In this document: positions 9,577 to 20,220 of the stretch, one piece after another | Layout of the letters: each line of letters begins with the position of its first letter | How positions within the stretch are numbered: the stretch's first letter is position 1 | Origin: an uncultured Verrucomicrobiae bacterium | GTDB lineage: Bacteria > Verrucomicrobiota > Verrucomicrobiia > Limisphaerales > Palsa-1400 | Direction of reading: 5' to 3' | NCBI GenBank assembly: GCA_963702845.1 | Contig: OY969763.1 | Location: 4,448,001 to 4,512,000 of the forward strand | Length of the DNA stretch: 64,000 bases | The notes under the pieces: model-generated | The model's input: only the letters and a program-made list of their open reading frames with translations | The model's database searches: none | Told to the model about the DNA's origin: nothing | Program-made: the position numbers and the translations under genes

Positions 9577-10572
9577 TTATCGCCGCCACCAGCTTTTCGT
9601 CTGCTTATTGGATTCGCGGACTTGTTGCACCAGCAACATGCTGCGCGCTTGTTCCAGCGCCATTGCCAATTCGTCATAACTTTGAAAGCGATCGCCAGGG
9701 TTTTTGGCCATTGCGCGCACGAGCGCATCACTCGTCACCTGAGAAACTGTCGGCACAACGAAATTCGGCGGGGTTAATGGCGTATGCACATGTGCCGAAA
9801 CCAGGTCTTCCACCGTGGGCGCTTCAAACGGCACGTGGCCGGTTAAGGCATGATAAAGTGTTCCGCCAAGGCTGTACATGTCGGACAAAAACGTCTCCGG
9901 CTGACGATTGATCTTTTCTGGCGCAACATAATATGGCGTGCCCCAAATCGCGGCCTCATACGTATCGGCGGTCTCAGCAGCGCGCGCCAATCCGAAGTCG
10001 ACCAACTTGGGCTCGCCCTCAGCGTTGAACAAAATATTTCCCGGCTTGATGTCGCGGTGCAGTAAATTGTGTTTCAGCGCCATCGCAAGTGCCGACGCGA
10101 CTTTAATTCCGACATCCAGCACCAACAATTCTGAGCAGCGCCCTTCCTGTTCGATCTTGCTGTCGACACTGCCCTGGTCAGCCAACTCCATCACCAAATA
10201 TGGCTGGCCCTGAAATTCATCGAACACATAAATGTGAATGATGTTTGTGTGATTCAGGGAAGCACCGGCGCGAGCTTCGCGATAAAACGCGGATAGAACC
10301 TCCTGGTCTTCGGCCATTTCGCGCTTCATCATTTTGAGCGCCACGTCGCGTTCCAGCTTGGTGTCAAACGACCGATATACCGTTCCCATTCCACCCGACG
10401 CGATAATGCTGCGCAGTTCAAAATTATGCAGCATCACCGGCAACATCACCGGGTGGCCGCACTTGGTGCATTCGGAGGTTGCGAATGGCGGCAAATCTCC
10501 GGGGATGAACGTCTTCACCCCACATTTGCCGCATGTCACCATTTTTAAAGACTTGGATTCGCCGCCGTTCAT
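9577..10572 (-). CDS. Ser/Thr protein kinase with N-terminal zinc ribbon
   Basis: GGMGTVY, VALK, HRDIKPGN, DFGLA, GTPYYVAPE; two N-terminal CxxC pairs. Confidence 0.93.
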   Translation of the reverse strand: MNGGESKSLKMVTCGKCGVKTFIPGDLPPFATSECTKCGHPVMLPVMLHNFELRSIIASGGMGTVYRSFDTKLERDVALKMMKREMAEDQEVLSAFYREARAGASLNHTNIIHIYVFDEFQGQPYLVMELADQGSVDSKIEQEGRCSELLVLDVGIKVASALAMALKHNLLHRDIKPGNILFNAEGEPKLVDFGLARAAETADTYEAAIWGTPYYVAPEKINRQPETFLSDMYSLGGTLYHALTGHVPFEAPTVEDLVSAHVHTPLTPPNFVVPTVSQVTSDALVRAMAKNPGDRFQSYDELAMALEQARSMLLVQQVRESNKQTKSWWRR

Positions 10573-10699
10573 CGCTTTTGCAGATTACCACGGGCGAACC
10601 GCGCCACAAGTCCACAGAAACCACCTCACAACCGCCAGCCAACAATTGACAAAAAAGAGCACGGAAATTCCAGCCGGCGCTGTAAGTTTGAATACAGGT

Positions 10700-10912
10700 A
10701 TGAGTGCATCGACAGACATGACCACACTGGCGCGTCGGGAAGCCGAACTGGACGCAGCGCGCGAACTACGTTGGGTCGTAATGTATAGCGAATTGACCGG
10801 CGCGTCGGAATCGCAAGCTCGTGGCTGCTGGATGTATCTTTCAAGTCCGTCCGAGACCGAGCTTCAACTGGTTCCACTTCCCCTTGACGCTCCTTTGCCA
10901 AGTCTCGCATGA
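10700..10912 (+). CDS. Small hypothetical protein
   Basis: 70-aa ORF filling the gap before the amidase-like gene; TTGACA at 10646. Confidence 0.45.
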   Translation: MSASTDMTTLARREAELDAARELRWVVMYSELTGASESQARGCWMYLSSPSETELQLVPLPLDAPLPSLA

Positions 10913-10921
10913 TGTCCCTCT

Positions 10922-11842
10922 ATGAACTCTCGCTCGATCCGTCGTCGTGAATTTTTCCGTTACGCCGCCATCGGCACATTCAGCCTGCTCAGCTACTCTG
11001 CCCTCGCCGCTACGATTGCCGGCGTGCCGGCAAACCGCCGTAAGTTCGACGGCGAAGACATTTTCCAACGCATCGTTGCCAAAGCTCGCGCGAACAATTG
11101 GACCAAACTGCCGATCGGCGAACTGATGGGCAAAATCGCCCGCGAACTTGAAGGCACGCCATACGTCGGTTTTACCCTGGAGACGTCTAAGGACCAGGAG
11201 AGCTGCGTTGTCAATTTAGCGGGCCTCGATTGCGTGACGTTTTTTGAAGACACTCTTTGCATTGCGCGCATGCTCAAACGCGGGAAAAGCAAACCCGAAG
11301 ACTTGCTCGCAGAACTTCAATACACCCGTTATCGCGGCGGCAAGATGGGCGACTTCACCACGCGCCTGCACTACACCACGGATTGGTTTGTCGATAACGA
11401 AAAGAAAGGCGTGGTCAAAATTCTCGCGCCAACATTGCCCGGCGCCGAACCGTTCACTCAGAAAGTCGGCATCATGTCACAAAGGCCGGCTAATTACCGC
11501 CAACTGGCCGCACATCCGGACCTCGTTCCAACGATCCAAAAACTCGAAGAACAAATCAACGCGCGCCCACTCATGTTCGTGCCGCTCGATAAACTCGCCG
11601 AAGCCGAATCCCATCTCCAGACCGGCGACATCGTCGGCGTCGCGACGATGGAGCCGGGAATCGATATTGCGCACACGGGACTTTGCATCAAGGACGAGCA
11701 AGGGGTGGTGCACTTCATGGACGCCTCTTCATCGAAGGCGCACTACCGCGTCACATTCGAAGAGGGCCCTATCAGCAAAGCGTTCCATTGGTCGAAGAAA
11801 TTGACCGGCGCGATGTTCGCGCGACCGCTCGAAGTCAGTTAA
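10922..11842 (+). CDS. N-acetylmuramoyl-L-alanine amidase-like (DUF1460, NlpC/P60-related) protein with Tat signal
   Basis: RRREFF signal; GTPY..TLE, LDCVTF, RLHY..DW, HTG, ASS motifs. Confidence 0.87.
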   Translation: MNSRSIRRREFFRYAAIGTFSLLSYSALAATIAGVPANRRKFDGEDIFQRIVAKARANNWTKLPIGELMGKIARELEGTPYVGFTLETSKDQESCVVNLAGLDCVTFFEDTLCIARMLKRGKSKPEDLLAELQYTRYRGGKMGDFTTRLHYTTDWFVDNEKKGVVKILAPTLPGAEPFTQKVGIMSQRPANYRQLAAHPDLVPTIQKLEEQINARPLMFVPLDKLAEAESHLQTGDIVGVATMEPGIDIAHTGLCIKDEQGVVHFMDASSSKAHYRVTFEEGPISKAFHWSKKLTGAMFARPLEVS

Positions 11843-12755
11843 GAATCCGGGCCGTCAGTTCGCCGGTCTTCCAGAAGTGTCGGTCATTTCCGGCAGCAGC
11901 GGATTTGATTCGCCGCACGTGCTCGTGCCATTCGCCTTGGATTTTTTCGACCGATCCGATTAGTTCTTCGAAGCTCTTCAGGTCTCCACCTCGTGAGGCG
12001 AGTTCGACGGCGTGTTTGCCGTAGACCGGATGTTCGAAAATGAAATGCGTGAGACTCCACCAGTGGAGATAGTAGAGATTGAATTCTTTGTCCAAATCGG
12101 GTCCACTGTCGCCTGTGATAACCGCATGCAGCGGGATGACGTTGCCATTGGCGATGTTCGTTTGCAGGTTCGGTGTTTTGGCGATTTCGTCGCGCCACCA
12201 GACGGGATACGTGTTGAGATCGATTGTGCCGACGGCGAGTTTATTTGTGCCGATTCGGCTGCACGAAAAATATTCGGCCATTCCTTCATCCAACCACTTT
12301 TCCAGATCAAAGTTCGCAACCTCGCGATTCAACTGGTGCACACCTTCGTGGAGCATCCATTGGTACGGATTTGCGTCCTTATCCGAACAATAGGCGTGGC
12401 AAAGACCTCTTGAATAGAATGCTTCCGCCCAGCCAACGTTCGGATTTACCCGGCGAAATTCATCGCGGCTTTTGTAGAGACGGACGTGCAACTTTGGATG
12501 CGCGCGCCGAAAGGTTGAGACATTCGATAATTTATTCGAGTAGGCGGTGTAGAGCAGTTCCAATGTTTTACCGACGCGTTCAACCTGGTCACTCGTAGCG
12601 GTCGAGGCGATTTCGTAGTGTTCCGTTTGCGTGGTAATGGTGGGGCTCCAATGCTTAGGAGCAAATTTCCAATAACCGACTGCGGCGACGATCGCCAAGA
12701 GCCCGAGGAAACGGATTTCCCGTCCAGTGAGTCGACGCAGTTTGAAGCTCATCAT
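11835..12755 (-). CDS. DUF1570-like zinc metallopeptidase domain protein
   Basis: HEGVHQ (HExxH) followed by WLDEGMAEYF. Confidence 0.75.
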   Translation of the reverse strand: MMSFKLRRLTGREIRFLGLLAIVAAVGYWKFAPKHWSPTITTQTEHYEIASTATSDQVERVGKTLELLYTAYSNKLSNVSTFRRAHPKLHVRLYKSRDEFRRVNPNVGWAEAFYSRGLCHAYCSDKDANPYQWMLHEGVHQLNREVANFDLEKWLDEGMAEYFSCSRIGTNKLAVGTIDLNTYPVWWRDEIAKTPNLQTNIANGNVIPLHAVITGDSGPDLDKEFNLYYLHWWSLTHFIFEHPVYGKHAVELASRGGDLKSFEELIGSVEKIQGEWHEHVRRIKSAAAGNDRHFWKTGELTARILN

Positions 12756-12759
12756 GTGG

Positions 12760-14277
12760 TCACCACGAATAGTGCACGGTGTAGGTGACAGTTTGCTCTT
12801 CGTCTGGTTTCACAGGCACATTGAATTCGATAGTTTGATCGTCGGTCTTTTTATAGTCGGTGGATTTTTCCGTGATTTCCCAACTCGGCCAGCGATAGAG
12901 ATGTTCCACGACGCGCACTCCCACTGGTGTTTTCTTGTGGTTGCGCAATTTGATTTCGAATGACTCGTCCACACCGTGCCCCTTCGTGTCCATTTTGTGA
13001 TTGGTGCGCTTGCGTTCGCCGACGATGTCGAAGGCGCTGCCGGTTGCGACGCGGATCATTTCGTCCGTGGGCGTATGATCGATAGTGTTTTCGCCGATAA
13101 ATTCCATTTGCTTGTCGGCGTCGCGACGATAGAAGCGCAGTCGACCTTTCGGAAGCGGCATGCCGAGGCGGTTCTCTTTCGAGTTTTTGAACTCGCGCAT
13201 AACCCAGACTTTCTTGTTGGACTCAGTTCCGTATTCGCGGTTGTCACGAATGGTTGCGGGGTCCCATCCATAGTAGCGATCGAGCTTGGCGCCGTCATAG
13301 ACGTAGATCGGCGAGGATTTGATGCCGTCGGCGCTGACGAATTCGACTTGTTTTGTTTCGCGGTCGAGCAGGGTCGTGGGGCGCTGCAAGATGTAGAGGT
13401 GGTATTCGTCGAAGGCTTTTTCCGTTACGACGGGAGCGGCACCGGCTGCTTCCGTTCTCGCCATGCCGAGGAGATGCCTCCGATCTTCGGGCTGGCTGAT
13501 CTTACTGACGTCGCCGGCCATTAATTTGATTTTTGCGTTATCGAAGCCTTTGCCGCTTTGGTTATCCATCGTAACCCAACCAACAAGATCAATCGTGTCG
13601 CCGTTTTCAGGCATTACGAGGTTATAGTCGGCGTGCCAACTCATGCCGCCAGTGACATAGCTTAATTCGGCGTCCACCGCACCGGCGGCGTCGCTTTGGA
13701 GCTGCCAGGTAAGCGTGGGTTTGAGAATGGTGTTATCAGTAAGCGCCGGGAAAAGCGGTGTGCCGGGAAGCTGGAACATCAACTTGCCGTCGACTTCGAT
13801 AATCGGTTGGCCGCTGCCGGCGCCGGGCGACGAAGCTTGCGCTTGTGCCGCGGCGTATTCAGGACCGTAGCGGTCGAAAGCCGGTTGATGCGGCACATAG
13901 CCGCTGCGCACGATTTTGCCTTTAACGATCTCGGTTTTGCCTTCGTTGCCAGGGAGTTGTTTTTCGAACTCGATTGTTTTGCCTTCGTAAAGGTTGAGCA
14001 ATAAGGATTCGGAGATTGGATCGGCGCGGAAATTTTGTTCGAGGATTTGCAGGTTACGCTGCCCCGTTGGATCCCGCAGCACAACCGAGTCCGGCTCGAG
14101 ATGCATCGTCGCCCCGTTATAGCTGATGTCGTTCACGCCCGACTCGAGACTGAGATGAATCGTGTCGCGGACCACAGCAAATTGTTGGTTGTAAATCGTG
14201 AGTGCCGGGGTGTCAGCGAATGCGACGTATGCGGATAAAGCTAAACCGGCAACCAGCGGGAGTTGTTTTCGCGTCAT
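12760..14277 (-). CDS. DUF4139-domain secreted protein
   Basis: LTIYNQQFAVVRD, LSYVTGGMSWHADY, LGMPLPKG, GENTIDHTP motifs. Confidence 0.85.
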   Translation of the reverse strand: MTRKQLPLVAGLALSAYVAFADTPALTIYNQQFAVVRDTIHLSLESGVNDISYNGATMHLEPDSVVLRDPTGQRNLQILEQNFRADPISESLLLNLYEGKTIEFEKQLPGNEGKTEIVKGKIVRSGYVPHQPAFDRYGPEYAAAQAQASSPGAGSGQPIIEVDGKLMFQLPGTPLFPALTDNTILKPTLTWQLQSDAAGAVDAELSYVTGGMSWHADYNLVMPENGDTIDLVGWVTMDNQSGKGFDNAKIKLMAGDVSKISQPEDRRHLLGMARTEAAGAAPVVTEKAFDEYHLYILQRPTTLLDRETKQVEFVSADGIKSSPIYVYDGAKLDRYYGWDPATIRDNREYGTESNKKVWVMREFKNSKENRLGMPLPKGRLRFYRRDADKQMEFIGENTIDHTPTDEMIRVATGSAFDIVGERKRTNHKMDTKGHGVDESFEIKLRNHKKTPVGVRVVEHLYRWPSWEITEKSTDYKKTDDQTIEFNVPVKPDEEQTVTYTVHYSW

Positions 14278-14368
14278 AATTTTCCTCGTGTAGAATCCAT
14301 CGTTCCTCGTTCCCTCCATTAGACGGACGTTGAAGCAAAATTACTCCCATAAAACCGCCTGTCACCTA

Positions 14369-14460
14369 CGGGACGCTGTGACCCGTCCCATGGGACGGGT
14401 CAAACGTGCAAAAACATCAATGTTTACGGCCCTTGGGACGGTGGTACGGGTCTAGAGGGG
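14369..14460 (+). repeat. Dispersed ~90-bp element, copy A, with perfect 24-bp palindrome
   Basis: TGACCCGTCCCATGGGACGGGTCA (14379-14402) then AATGTTTAC..CCTTGGGACGG; homologous to 52195, 53459 and 57003. Confidence 0.9.
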
Positions 14461-14583
14461 GTAGGTGGGGGGGCCGCCCGTCACCCACTTGGCGCTCGAC
14501 TCTGCGACACCAAAGTAGACCAACCGGGAGCAGCCGGCACATATCTCTGTATCTCGCCAGCCGGACGCGGCCTCGGCACTAAC

Positions 14584-16548
14584 TCACCAATCTTTAAGCT
14601 TTTTACTCCCCTGCTGCTTCGGCTTGTTCTCCGGCGAAAACACCAAAGCCTTTTCCTGGTCGCGATCCGCATCCAAAATCTGCCGCGCCTGCTGCGGACT
14701 CATCTTGCCGTAATAAGCCTGCGCTTCATCCGCCGACTCGGGCGCCTTGTCACGCTTGTCTTCACTCGCGGCCTGCGCGTTTTGCTTGTCTTTCTTTTCG
14801 TCCTTCTTGCCCTGTGCTTGCTGCTGTTTTTGCTCTTCTTTCTTCTTCTCCTCGTCTTGCTTGGCCTGCTGATCCTGCTTTTGTTGATCCTGTTTACCCT
14901 GTTGCTGGTCTTTGCCCTTTTGGTCCTTCTGATCCTTCTGATCCTGCTTCGCTTGTTGGTCTTGCTGTTGCTGCTGCTGGTTCTGTTCGTTCTGTTTATC
15001 GTCTTTGTTTTTGTCGTTCTTCTGCTGCTGTTGTTGTTGCTGCTGTTGCTTCAGTTGTTCCAAGCGTTTCTTGACGAAGTCCAGGTTGTTCTTTGCGTCG
15101 GGGTCCTGCGCGTTCAGTTTCAAGGCGTGGTCATAGCTTTCGACCGAGTGTTCCCACATCTCCTTTTGCTTTTGCTGGTCGGTCATGGGCATGCCCATTT
15201 CGTAAAGGGTGTTGCCGAGATTGTACCACGCCTGTTGCTGCGCCTTAGGGTCGGAAATCATCTCCGGCGCATCGAGAGCTTTGCTGAAATGTTCGACGGC
15301 TGATTTGAAGTCCTTCGCCCGATAGGCGGCGGTGCCGGCGTCGTAGTGCAGGCGATAATCGTTGGTCTTTTGGTCGGAGAGGCGGTTGTATTCTTTGAAG
15401 GCTTCGTCGAACTTGCCTTTATTGTATTCGCGGTAAGCGCTCGACGGCGACGCACTGGCCATCATCGGAAAAAGCAGCAAACAAATCACCGCGGCAATCG
15501 CAGCCGGCTCCGGCACCGTTGCTTTCGCGACAGGCATACGACCGACGCGTTTCCGTTCCGGCAGGAAAACTTCGACAATCAGCAACACAATCGCCACCGC
15601 CAAAGGCCAATGATATCGCTCCTGATAAACTTTGTTCAGCTTGGTCACATTGTCTGACTTCGGCAACGGCGCGAGCGCCTGCTGATATAGAACTTCCATC
15701 GGGTTCGCGCCGCGCAACGGCAAATACGCGCCACCGGTGACAGTTGCAATTTGCCGGAGCAGATTTTCGTTCAGGTGCGACTTAACCGCGTCGCCATTCT
15801 CGTCCTTCACAAAATTCATCTGGCCTTGCTCGTCTTTAACGCGCAACAACTCGCCTTCTGGAGTGCCGACCCCAATCGTGAAAATCTTCATCCCCGCTTT
15901 TGCCGCCGCTTTCGCAGCATCCATCGTTTCCGTATCGGTATCGTGATCTTCGCCGTCCGTAAACAGCACCATCACCTTGTAATTGTCGTTCCCTTGTTCA
16001 AATGCCGTCAGGCCGGTGCGAATTGCTTCCGAAAAGGATGTGCCTCCTTGCGGAATAATCCCGACATCCAGCGCTTCGACGCTTTGCCGGAACGCCTGTT
16101 CGTCCAGCGTGAGCGGTGCTTGCAAAAATGCGGTTCCGGCGAACGCGACGACGCCCATACGATCGGTTTTCGCAAGCCGCATCAAATCCATCGCTGCGAG
16201 TTTGGAACGCGTCAATCGATTCGGTGAGACGTCCTCCGCCAACATGCTGCGCGACGTGTCGATCGCGACAACGATGTCGAGACCCTGTTGCTTCGCTTCT
16301 TCCCAGACGAAGCCCCACTGCGGGCGCGCCAACGCCAGGAACACAAACACAACCGACGCGACCAGCAAGACGAGTCGCAAAATTTGCCGGCTATGCGACA
16401 CACCAACCGTGAGGTTTGCAAGCAAACGCGATCGGACGAATTGCGACACCAGCTTCTGCTTCACGCGCCATGTCCAATAGAAGAACGCACTCAACGCCAG
16501 CGCCGCCAGCAGCATGATCCAAAGGAAATTCGGCTGGGCAAACCTCAT
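14584..16548 (-). CDS. BatB/BatC-like fusion: VWA domain, TPR repeats and Gln/Lys-rich tail
   Basis: LARPQWG, DTSRSM MIDAS, TDGE, TPR YNLGN, poly-Q, C-terminal KDW. Confidence 0.88.
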   Translation of the reverse strand: MRFAQPNFLWIMLLAALALSAFFYWTWRVKQKLVSQFVRSRLLANLTVGVSHSRQILRLVLLVASVVFVFLALARPQWGFVWEEAKQQGLDIVVAIDTSRSMLAEDVSPNRLTRSKLAAMDLMRLAKTDRMGVVAFAGTAFLQAPLTLDEQAFRQSVEALDVGIIPQGGTSFSEAIRTGLTAFEQGNDNYKVMVLFTDGEDHDTDTETMDAAKAAAKAGMKIFTIGVGTPEGELLRVKDEQGQMNFVKDENGDAVKSHLNENLLRQIATVTGGAYLPLRGANPMEVLYQQALAPLPKSDNVTKLNKVYQERYHWPLAVAIVLLIVEVFLPERKRVGRMPVAKATVPEPAAIAAVICLLLFPMMASASPSSAYREYNKGKFDEAFKEYNRLSDQKTNDYRLHYDAGTAAYRAKDFKSAVEHFSKALDAPEMISDPKAQQQAWYNLGNTLYEMGMPMTDQQKQKEMWEHSVESYDHALKLNAQDPDAKNNLDFVKKRLEQLKQQQQQQQQQKNDKNKDDKQNEQNQQQQQQDQQAKQDQKDQKDQKGKDQQQGKQDQQKQDQQAKQDEEKKKEEQKQQQAQGKKDEKKDKQNAQAASEDKRDKAPESADEAQAYYGKMSPQQARQILDADRDQEKALVFSPENKPKQQGSKKLKDW

Positions 16549-17540
16549 GGCAATTTCCTCCACACCGTGTGACCGAGAATCATTTCCAATACGAGCACAG
16601 CCAGGCCGGCCAGCACAACTTGCCCGAACAACTCGTCGAAATGCTGAAACTTTTTGATCTTCGCATCCGATTTTTCCAGGCGATCAATCTCGCCATAGAT
16701 GCGATGCAACGTCTCGGTGCTGTCGGCTCGAAAATAGTGGCCACCGGTTTTATCCGAGATTTTCGTCAACGTATCTTCGTCAATATCGACATCAATCGGC
16801 TGATAAACTTTACGGCCAAACGGATCCATGACAGGGAACGGCGCCTTACCGCGAATACCAACGCCAACCGTATAAACCTTCACCGACATCGCCTGCGCCG
16901 CGTCAGCCGCCACCAAGGGCGGAATTTTCCCGGCGTTGTTCTGACCGTCGGTCATAAGAATAACGATTCGGCTTTTCGATTTCAGATCACGCAACCGATT
17001 CACCGACGTCGCGAGAGCCGAGCCAATGGCCGTTCGATCTTCAATCAATCCAAGATGCAGACGCTCGAGGTTCTTGCGAAGATAATCGTGGTCCAGCGTA
17101 ACAGGACACGCGGTATATGCGCGGCCTGCAAACGCAACCAATCCGATGCGGTCGTTCGGACGTTTATCGATGAATTCTGCGAGCACCTGCTTGGCAAGGT
17201 CGATGCGGTTAATGCGTTCGCCGTTCACCATGAAATCTTCAGACGCCATGCTGCCCGACAAGTCCAACGCGACCACGATATCAATACCGCTGGCTTTGAG
17301 TTCCGTTTCGCCTTTGATCAACCGCGGTTGCGCCAGCGCGATGATGAATGCCGCTAACGCCAGCCAGCGCAGGCTCAATAAAATACTTCCCGCACGCGAA
17401 CGGCTCAGGCCTGAAATGGGCCGCACCAAATCCACCGACGAATACAAAAACGCCGAGCCCTGTCCGTGTCGCCCCTTAAGCCACGCCAGGAGCGGCAAGA
17501 CCAGTAGCAGCAACAATAAAAATGGATGCGCAAACGTCAT
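16545..17540 (-). CDS. BatA-like VWA domain protein
   Basis: DLSGSM MIDAS, TAIGSAL, TDGQNNAG, KVYTVGVG. Confidence 0.9.
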   Translation of the reverse strand: MTFAHPFLLLLLLVLPLLAWLKGRHGQGSAFLYSSVDLVRPISGLSRSRAGSILLSLRWLALAAFIIALAQPRLIKGETELKASGIDIVVALDLSGSMASEDFMVNGERINRIDLAKQVLAEFIDKRPNDRIGLVAFAGRAYTACPVTLDHDYLRKNLERLHLGLIEDRTAIGSALATSVNRLRDLKSKSRIVILMTDGQNNAGKIPPLVAADAAQAMSVKVYTVGVGIRGKAPFPVMDPFGRKVYQPIDVDIDEDTLTKISDKTGGHYFRADSTETLHRIYGEIDRLEKSDAKIKKFQHFDELFGQVVLAGLAVLVLEMILGHTVWRKLP

Positions 17541-18151
17541 GCGGCTTCGTTCGTTGTTCCAGCTGCAGCGGGTTGGGCTTCAGTTCCACCAGAATTGATC
17601 ATCTCACGCGGTTCTGTTTCGTTCACCAACCGCATCGCTGCACCGTGCAGAGTTCGTAGCTCCGTCTCCGTCGGTTCGTATTTGGCAAATTTCACCAAGT
17701 CGCATTGCGACAGGAACTCAGCCAGGCTGGCCTTCTGATCCGACGTGAGAAGGTTGGTGCTTTGCAGTTCGTAGAGAAATTCTTCAGTCGTGCGTTCGGG
17801 TGCGCGAAACGTGAAACGTTCTTCAAGATAAGTTCGCAACGTGTCGGATACTACTGTCGTGAACGGCTTGGGTTCGCTGATCAATGACAGTGCCTTTTCC
17901 AGAGCGCGACGGGCGCGCACGTGCGCAGGAATGACAGGAACCAACGGCGGCATTGCAGCCTTCGTCCGATAATATTTCCAAATGAAATAAGCGATCGCCA
18001 CCAGCGCAATGGCTCCAAGCGCCGACCAGACCCACAGCCAACCATTCGAGATCTCGATCAGCGGCTTCGCCGATTCGTGGTACGTCAATTGTGTCGCGGC
18101 GTTCGATGTCGCGGACGGCGGTGGGACGATTAATGGAGCGTTGTTGGTCAT
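17537..18151 (-). CDS. Bat-cluster membrane-anchored protein (DUF4381-like)
   Basis: Single TM, LRTYLEERF, ERTTEEF, DLVKFAK; position between DUF58 and batA. Confidence 0.78.
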   Translation of the reverse strand: MTNNAPLIVPPPSATSNAATQLTYHESAKPLIEISNGWLWVWSALGAIALVAIAYFIWKYYRTKAAMPPLVPVIPAHVRARRALEKALSLISEPKPFTTVVSDTLRTYLEERFTFRAPERTTEEFLYELQSTNLLTSDQKASLAEFLSQCDLVKFAKYEPTETELRTLHGAAMRLVNETEPREMINSGGTEAQPAAAGTTNEAA

Positions 18152-19101
18152 CCTCGGCGCAAACGTTTCTCGCGTGTTTCGAAAAATTTCCCAAGCGCGT
18201 TCGAATACGGCTGGTCGGTGCGAATCTGAATCGCGTCAATGTTGTTGGAGCGGAACATGCGCATCAACTCCGCCTGATGTCGCTCGCGTCGTTCGAAGAA
18301 CGATGCGCGACGGCGTGGATCGTGCGTGTTCACCTCGATGACTTCGCCGGTTTCCGCATCTTTTAAGACCAATCGCCCCAAAGGCGGCAGTTCTAGTTCA
18401 TAGCGATCGACAACTTGAATCGCGATCAAGTCATGACGTCGGTTCGTTTGGCGCAATGCAGGCAAAGAGCGAGGGCCAACAGTGGGCGAACCGACGAACG
18501 TCGTGGGCCGATGTTCCTGTTCCGATTCATCGCTGGTATTCTCGAAAAGAAAATCCGATATCAGCACGACAATCGCGTGCCGACGTGCGACGCGATTCAA
18601 AGTGTTCAAAGCCTCATTGAAATTTGTGCCGCGCTTCTTCGGCTGAAAGAAAAGGATTTCGCGAATGACGCGCAGCACATGGCGGCGGCCCTTCTTCGGC
18701 GGAATATATTTCTCCACTTCGTCAGTGAAAAGAATCAGTCCAACCTTGTCGTTATTGCGAATCGCCGAAAACGCGAGCACCGAAGCAATCTCCGCCGCAA
18801 TTTCACGCTTCGATTGATCCCCCGATCCAAACAATCCCGAACCGCTCAAATCCACCAACAACATCAAAGTCAGTTCGCGTTCTTCGACGAATTTTTTCAC
18901 GAACGGATGATTCATTCGCGCCGTCACGTTCCAGTCGATTGCGCGCACCTCATCACCGGGCTGATATTCGCGAACCTCCTCGAAATTCATCCCCTGCCCT
19001 TTGAAGACGCTGTGGTATTGGCCTCCAAGGGTCTCGGTCACGAGCCGGTTAGTCCGCAGCTCGATCTGCCGAATTTTTTTTAAGATTTCGCGCGGGATCA
19101 T
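18148..19101 (-). CDS. DUF58 domain protein
   Basis: FKGQGMNFEEVREYQPGDEVRAIDWNVTAR. Confidence 0.93.
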   Translation of the reverse strand: MIPREILKKIRQIELRTNRLVTETLGGQYHSVFKGQGMNFEEVREYQPGDEVRAIDWNVTARMNHPFVKKFVEERELTLMLLVDLSGSGLFGSGDQSKREIAAEIASVLAFSAIRNNDKVGLILFTDEVEKYIPPKKGRRHVLRVIREILFFQPKKRGTNFNEALNTLNRVARRHAIVVLISDFLFENTSDESEQEHRPTTFVGSPTVGPRSLPALRQTNRRHDLIAIQVVDRYELELPPLGRLVLKDAETGEVIEVNTHDPRRRASFFERRERHQAELMRMFRSNNIDAIQIRTDQPYSNALGKFFETREKRLRRG

Positions 19102-19118
19102 TTGCGACTCCGAACGAT

Positions 19119-20111
19119 TTAGGGTACCGGAAGCTCGTTGAAAATTTTCTGGACGATATTCTCGGTCGTCTTTTCTTCAGCCTCGGCTTCGTAGGTTACG
19201 GTCACGCGATGGCGAAGGACATCCATGCCAATACTCTTCACGTCCTGCGGCGTGACATAACCGCGTCCTTTCAAAAATGCGTAAGCCTTGGCGGCCAACG
19301 TCAGACCAATCGTCGCGCGCGGCGACGCGCCGAGCTGGATCAGGCCAGCGAGACCTTTGATTTTGTAAGCGTCGGGATCACGCGTGCAGCAAACGATGTC
19401 GACGATGTAGTCACGGACTTTTTCGTCGATGTAAATGTCGTTGATGACCTGGCGCGCGTGAAGAATTTCTTTCGCGGTAACGACGGAAGCAGCAACCGGC
19501 GCGGCGCTGGTGCGCGCCATCAAATCCAGAATCTGCCGTTCCTCTTCGCGCGTCGGGTAGACGATTTTCAACTTCAACATGAAGCGGTCGACCTGCGCTT
19601 CGGGTAGTGGATAGGTACCTTCCTGTTCGATGGGATTTTGCGTCGCCAACACGAGAAACGGCTCTTCCAGCTTGAACGTCTGTTCGCCGATGGTGACCTG
19701 CTTTTCCTGCATCGCTTCCAGCAACGCGCTCTGCACCTTAGCCGGGGCGCGGTTGATTTCGTCCGCGAGCACGACATTGGCAAAGAGAGGGCCGCGGCGT
19801 GTCGTGAACGCGCCGCTTTGCGGATTGTAAATTTGCGTGCCGATCAAGTCAGCCGGCAACAAATCGGGCGTGAATTGGAGGCGCGAGAACTTAACGTTCA
19901 AACAGTTCGCGAGCGTTTTCACGGCCAACGTTTTAGCCAGGCCGGGCACACCTTCCAGCAGCACGTGACCGTTCGCCAAAAGTCCGATCGTCAGCCGTTC
20001 GACGAGATAATTCTGGCCGATGATAACCTTACCGATTTCAGCGAAAAGCGGCCGCACAAAACCGCTGGCGCGCTGCACTTCCTCGTTAATCGCACTAATG
20101 CCTGTATTCAT
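19119..20111 (-). CDS. moxR: MoxR family AAA+ ATPase
   Basis: EGVPGLAKT, QFTPDLLPAD, DEINRAPAKVQSALLE, TQNPIEQEGTYPLPEAQVDRF. Confidence 0.95.
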   Translation of the reverse strand: MNTGISAINEEVQRASGFVRPLFAEIGKVIIGQNYLVERLTIGLLANGHVLLEGVPGLAKTLAVKTLANCLNVKFSRLQFTPDLLPADLIGTQIYNPQSGAFTTRRGPLFANVVLADEINRAPAKVQSALLEAMQEKQVTIGEQTFKLEEPFLVLATQNPIEQEGTYPLPEAQVDRFMLKLKIVYPTREEERQILDLMARTSAAPVAASVVTAKEILHARQVINDIYIDEKVRDYIVDIVCCTRDPDAYKIKGLAGLIQLGASPRATIGLTLAAKAYAFLKGRGYVTPQDVKSIGMDVLRHRVTVTYEAEAEEKTTENIVQKIFNELPVP

Positions 20112-20220
20112 GTGTTTTCGAAAGAATGACTACCCCCAATGGACAAGCCAAGAGCATAACTGTTCAATGGAAATGCCCCTAAAATTGTTAAAAATCTTCG
20201 TCTTGGGACATCGCTCTAAA

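Noticed and set aside
14782..15303. Leu-rich 173-aa ORF on the + strand
   Set aside because: Antisense shadow of the Gln/Lys-rich tail of the BatB/C gene
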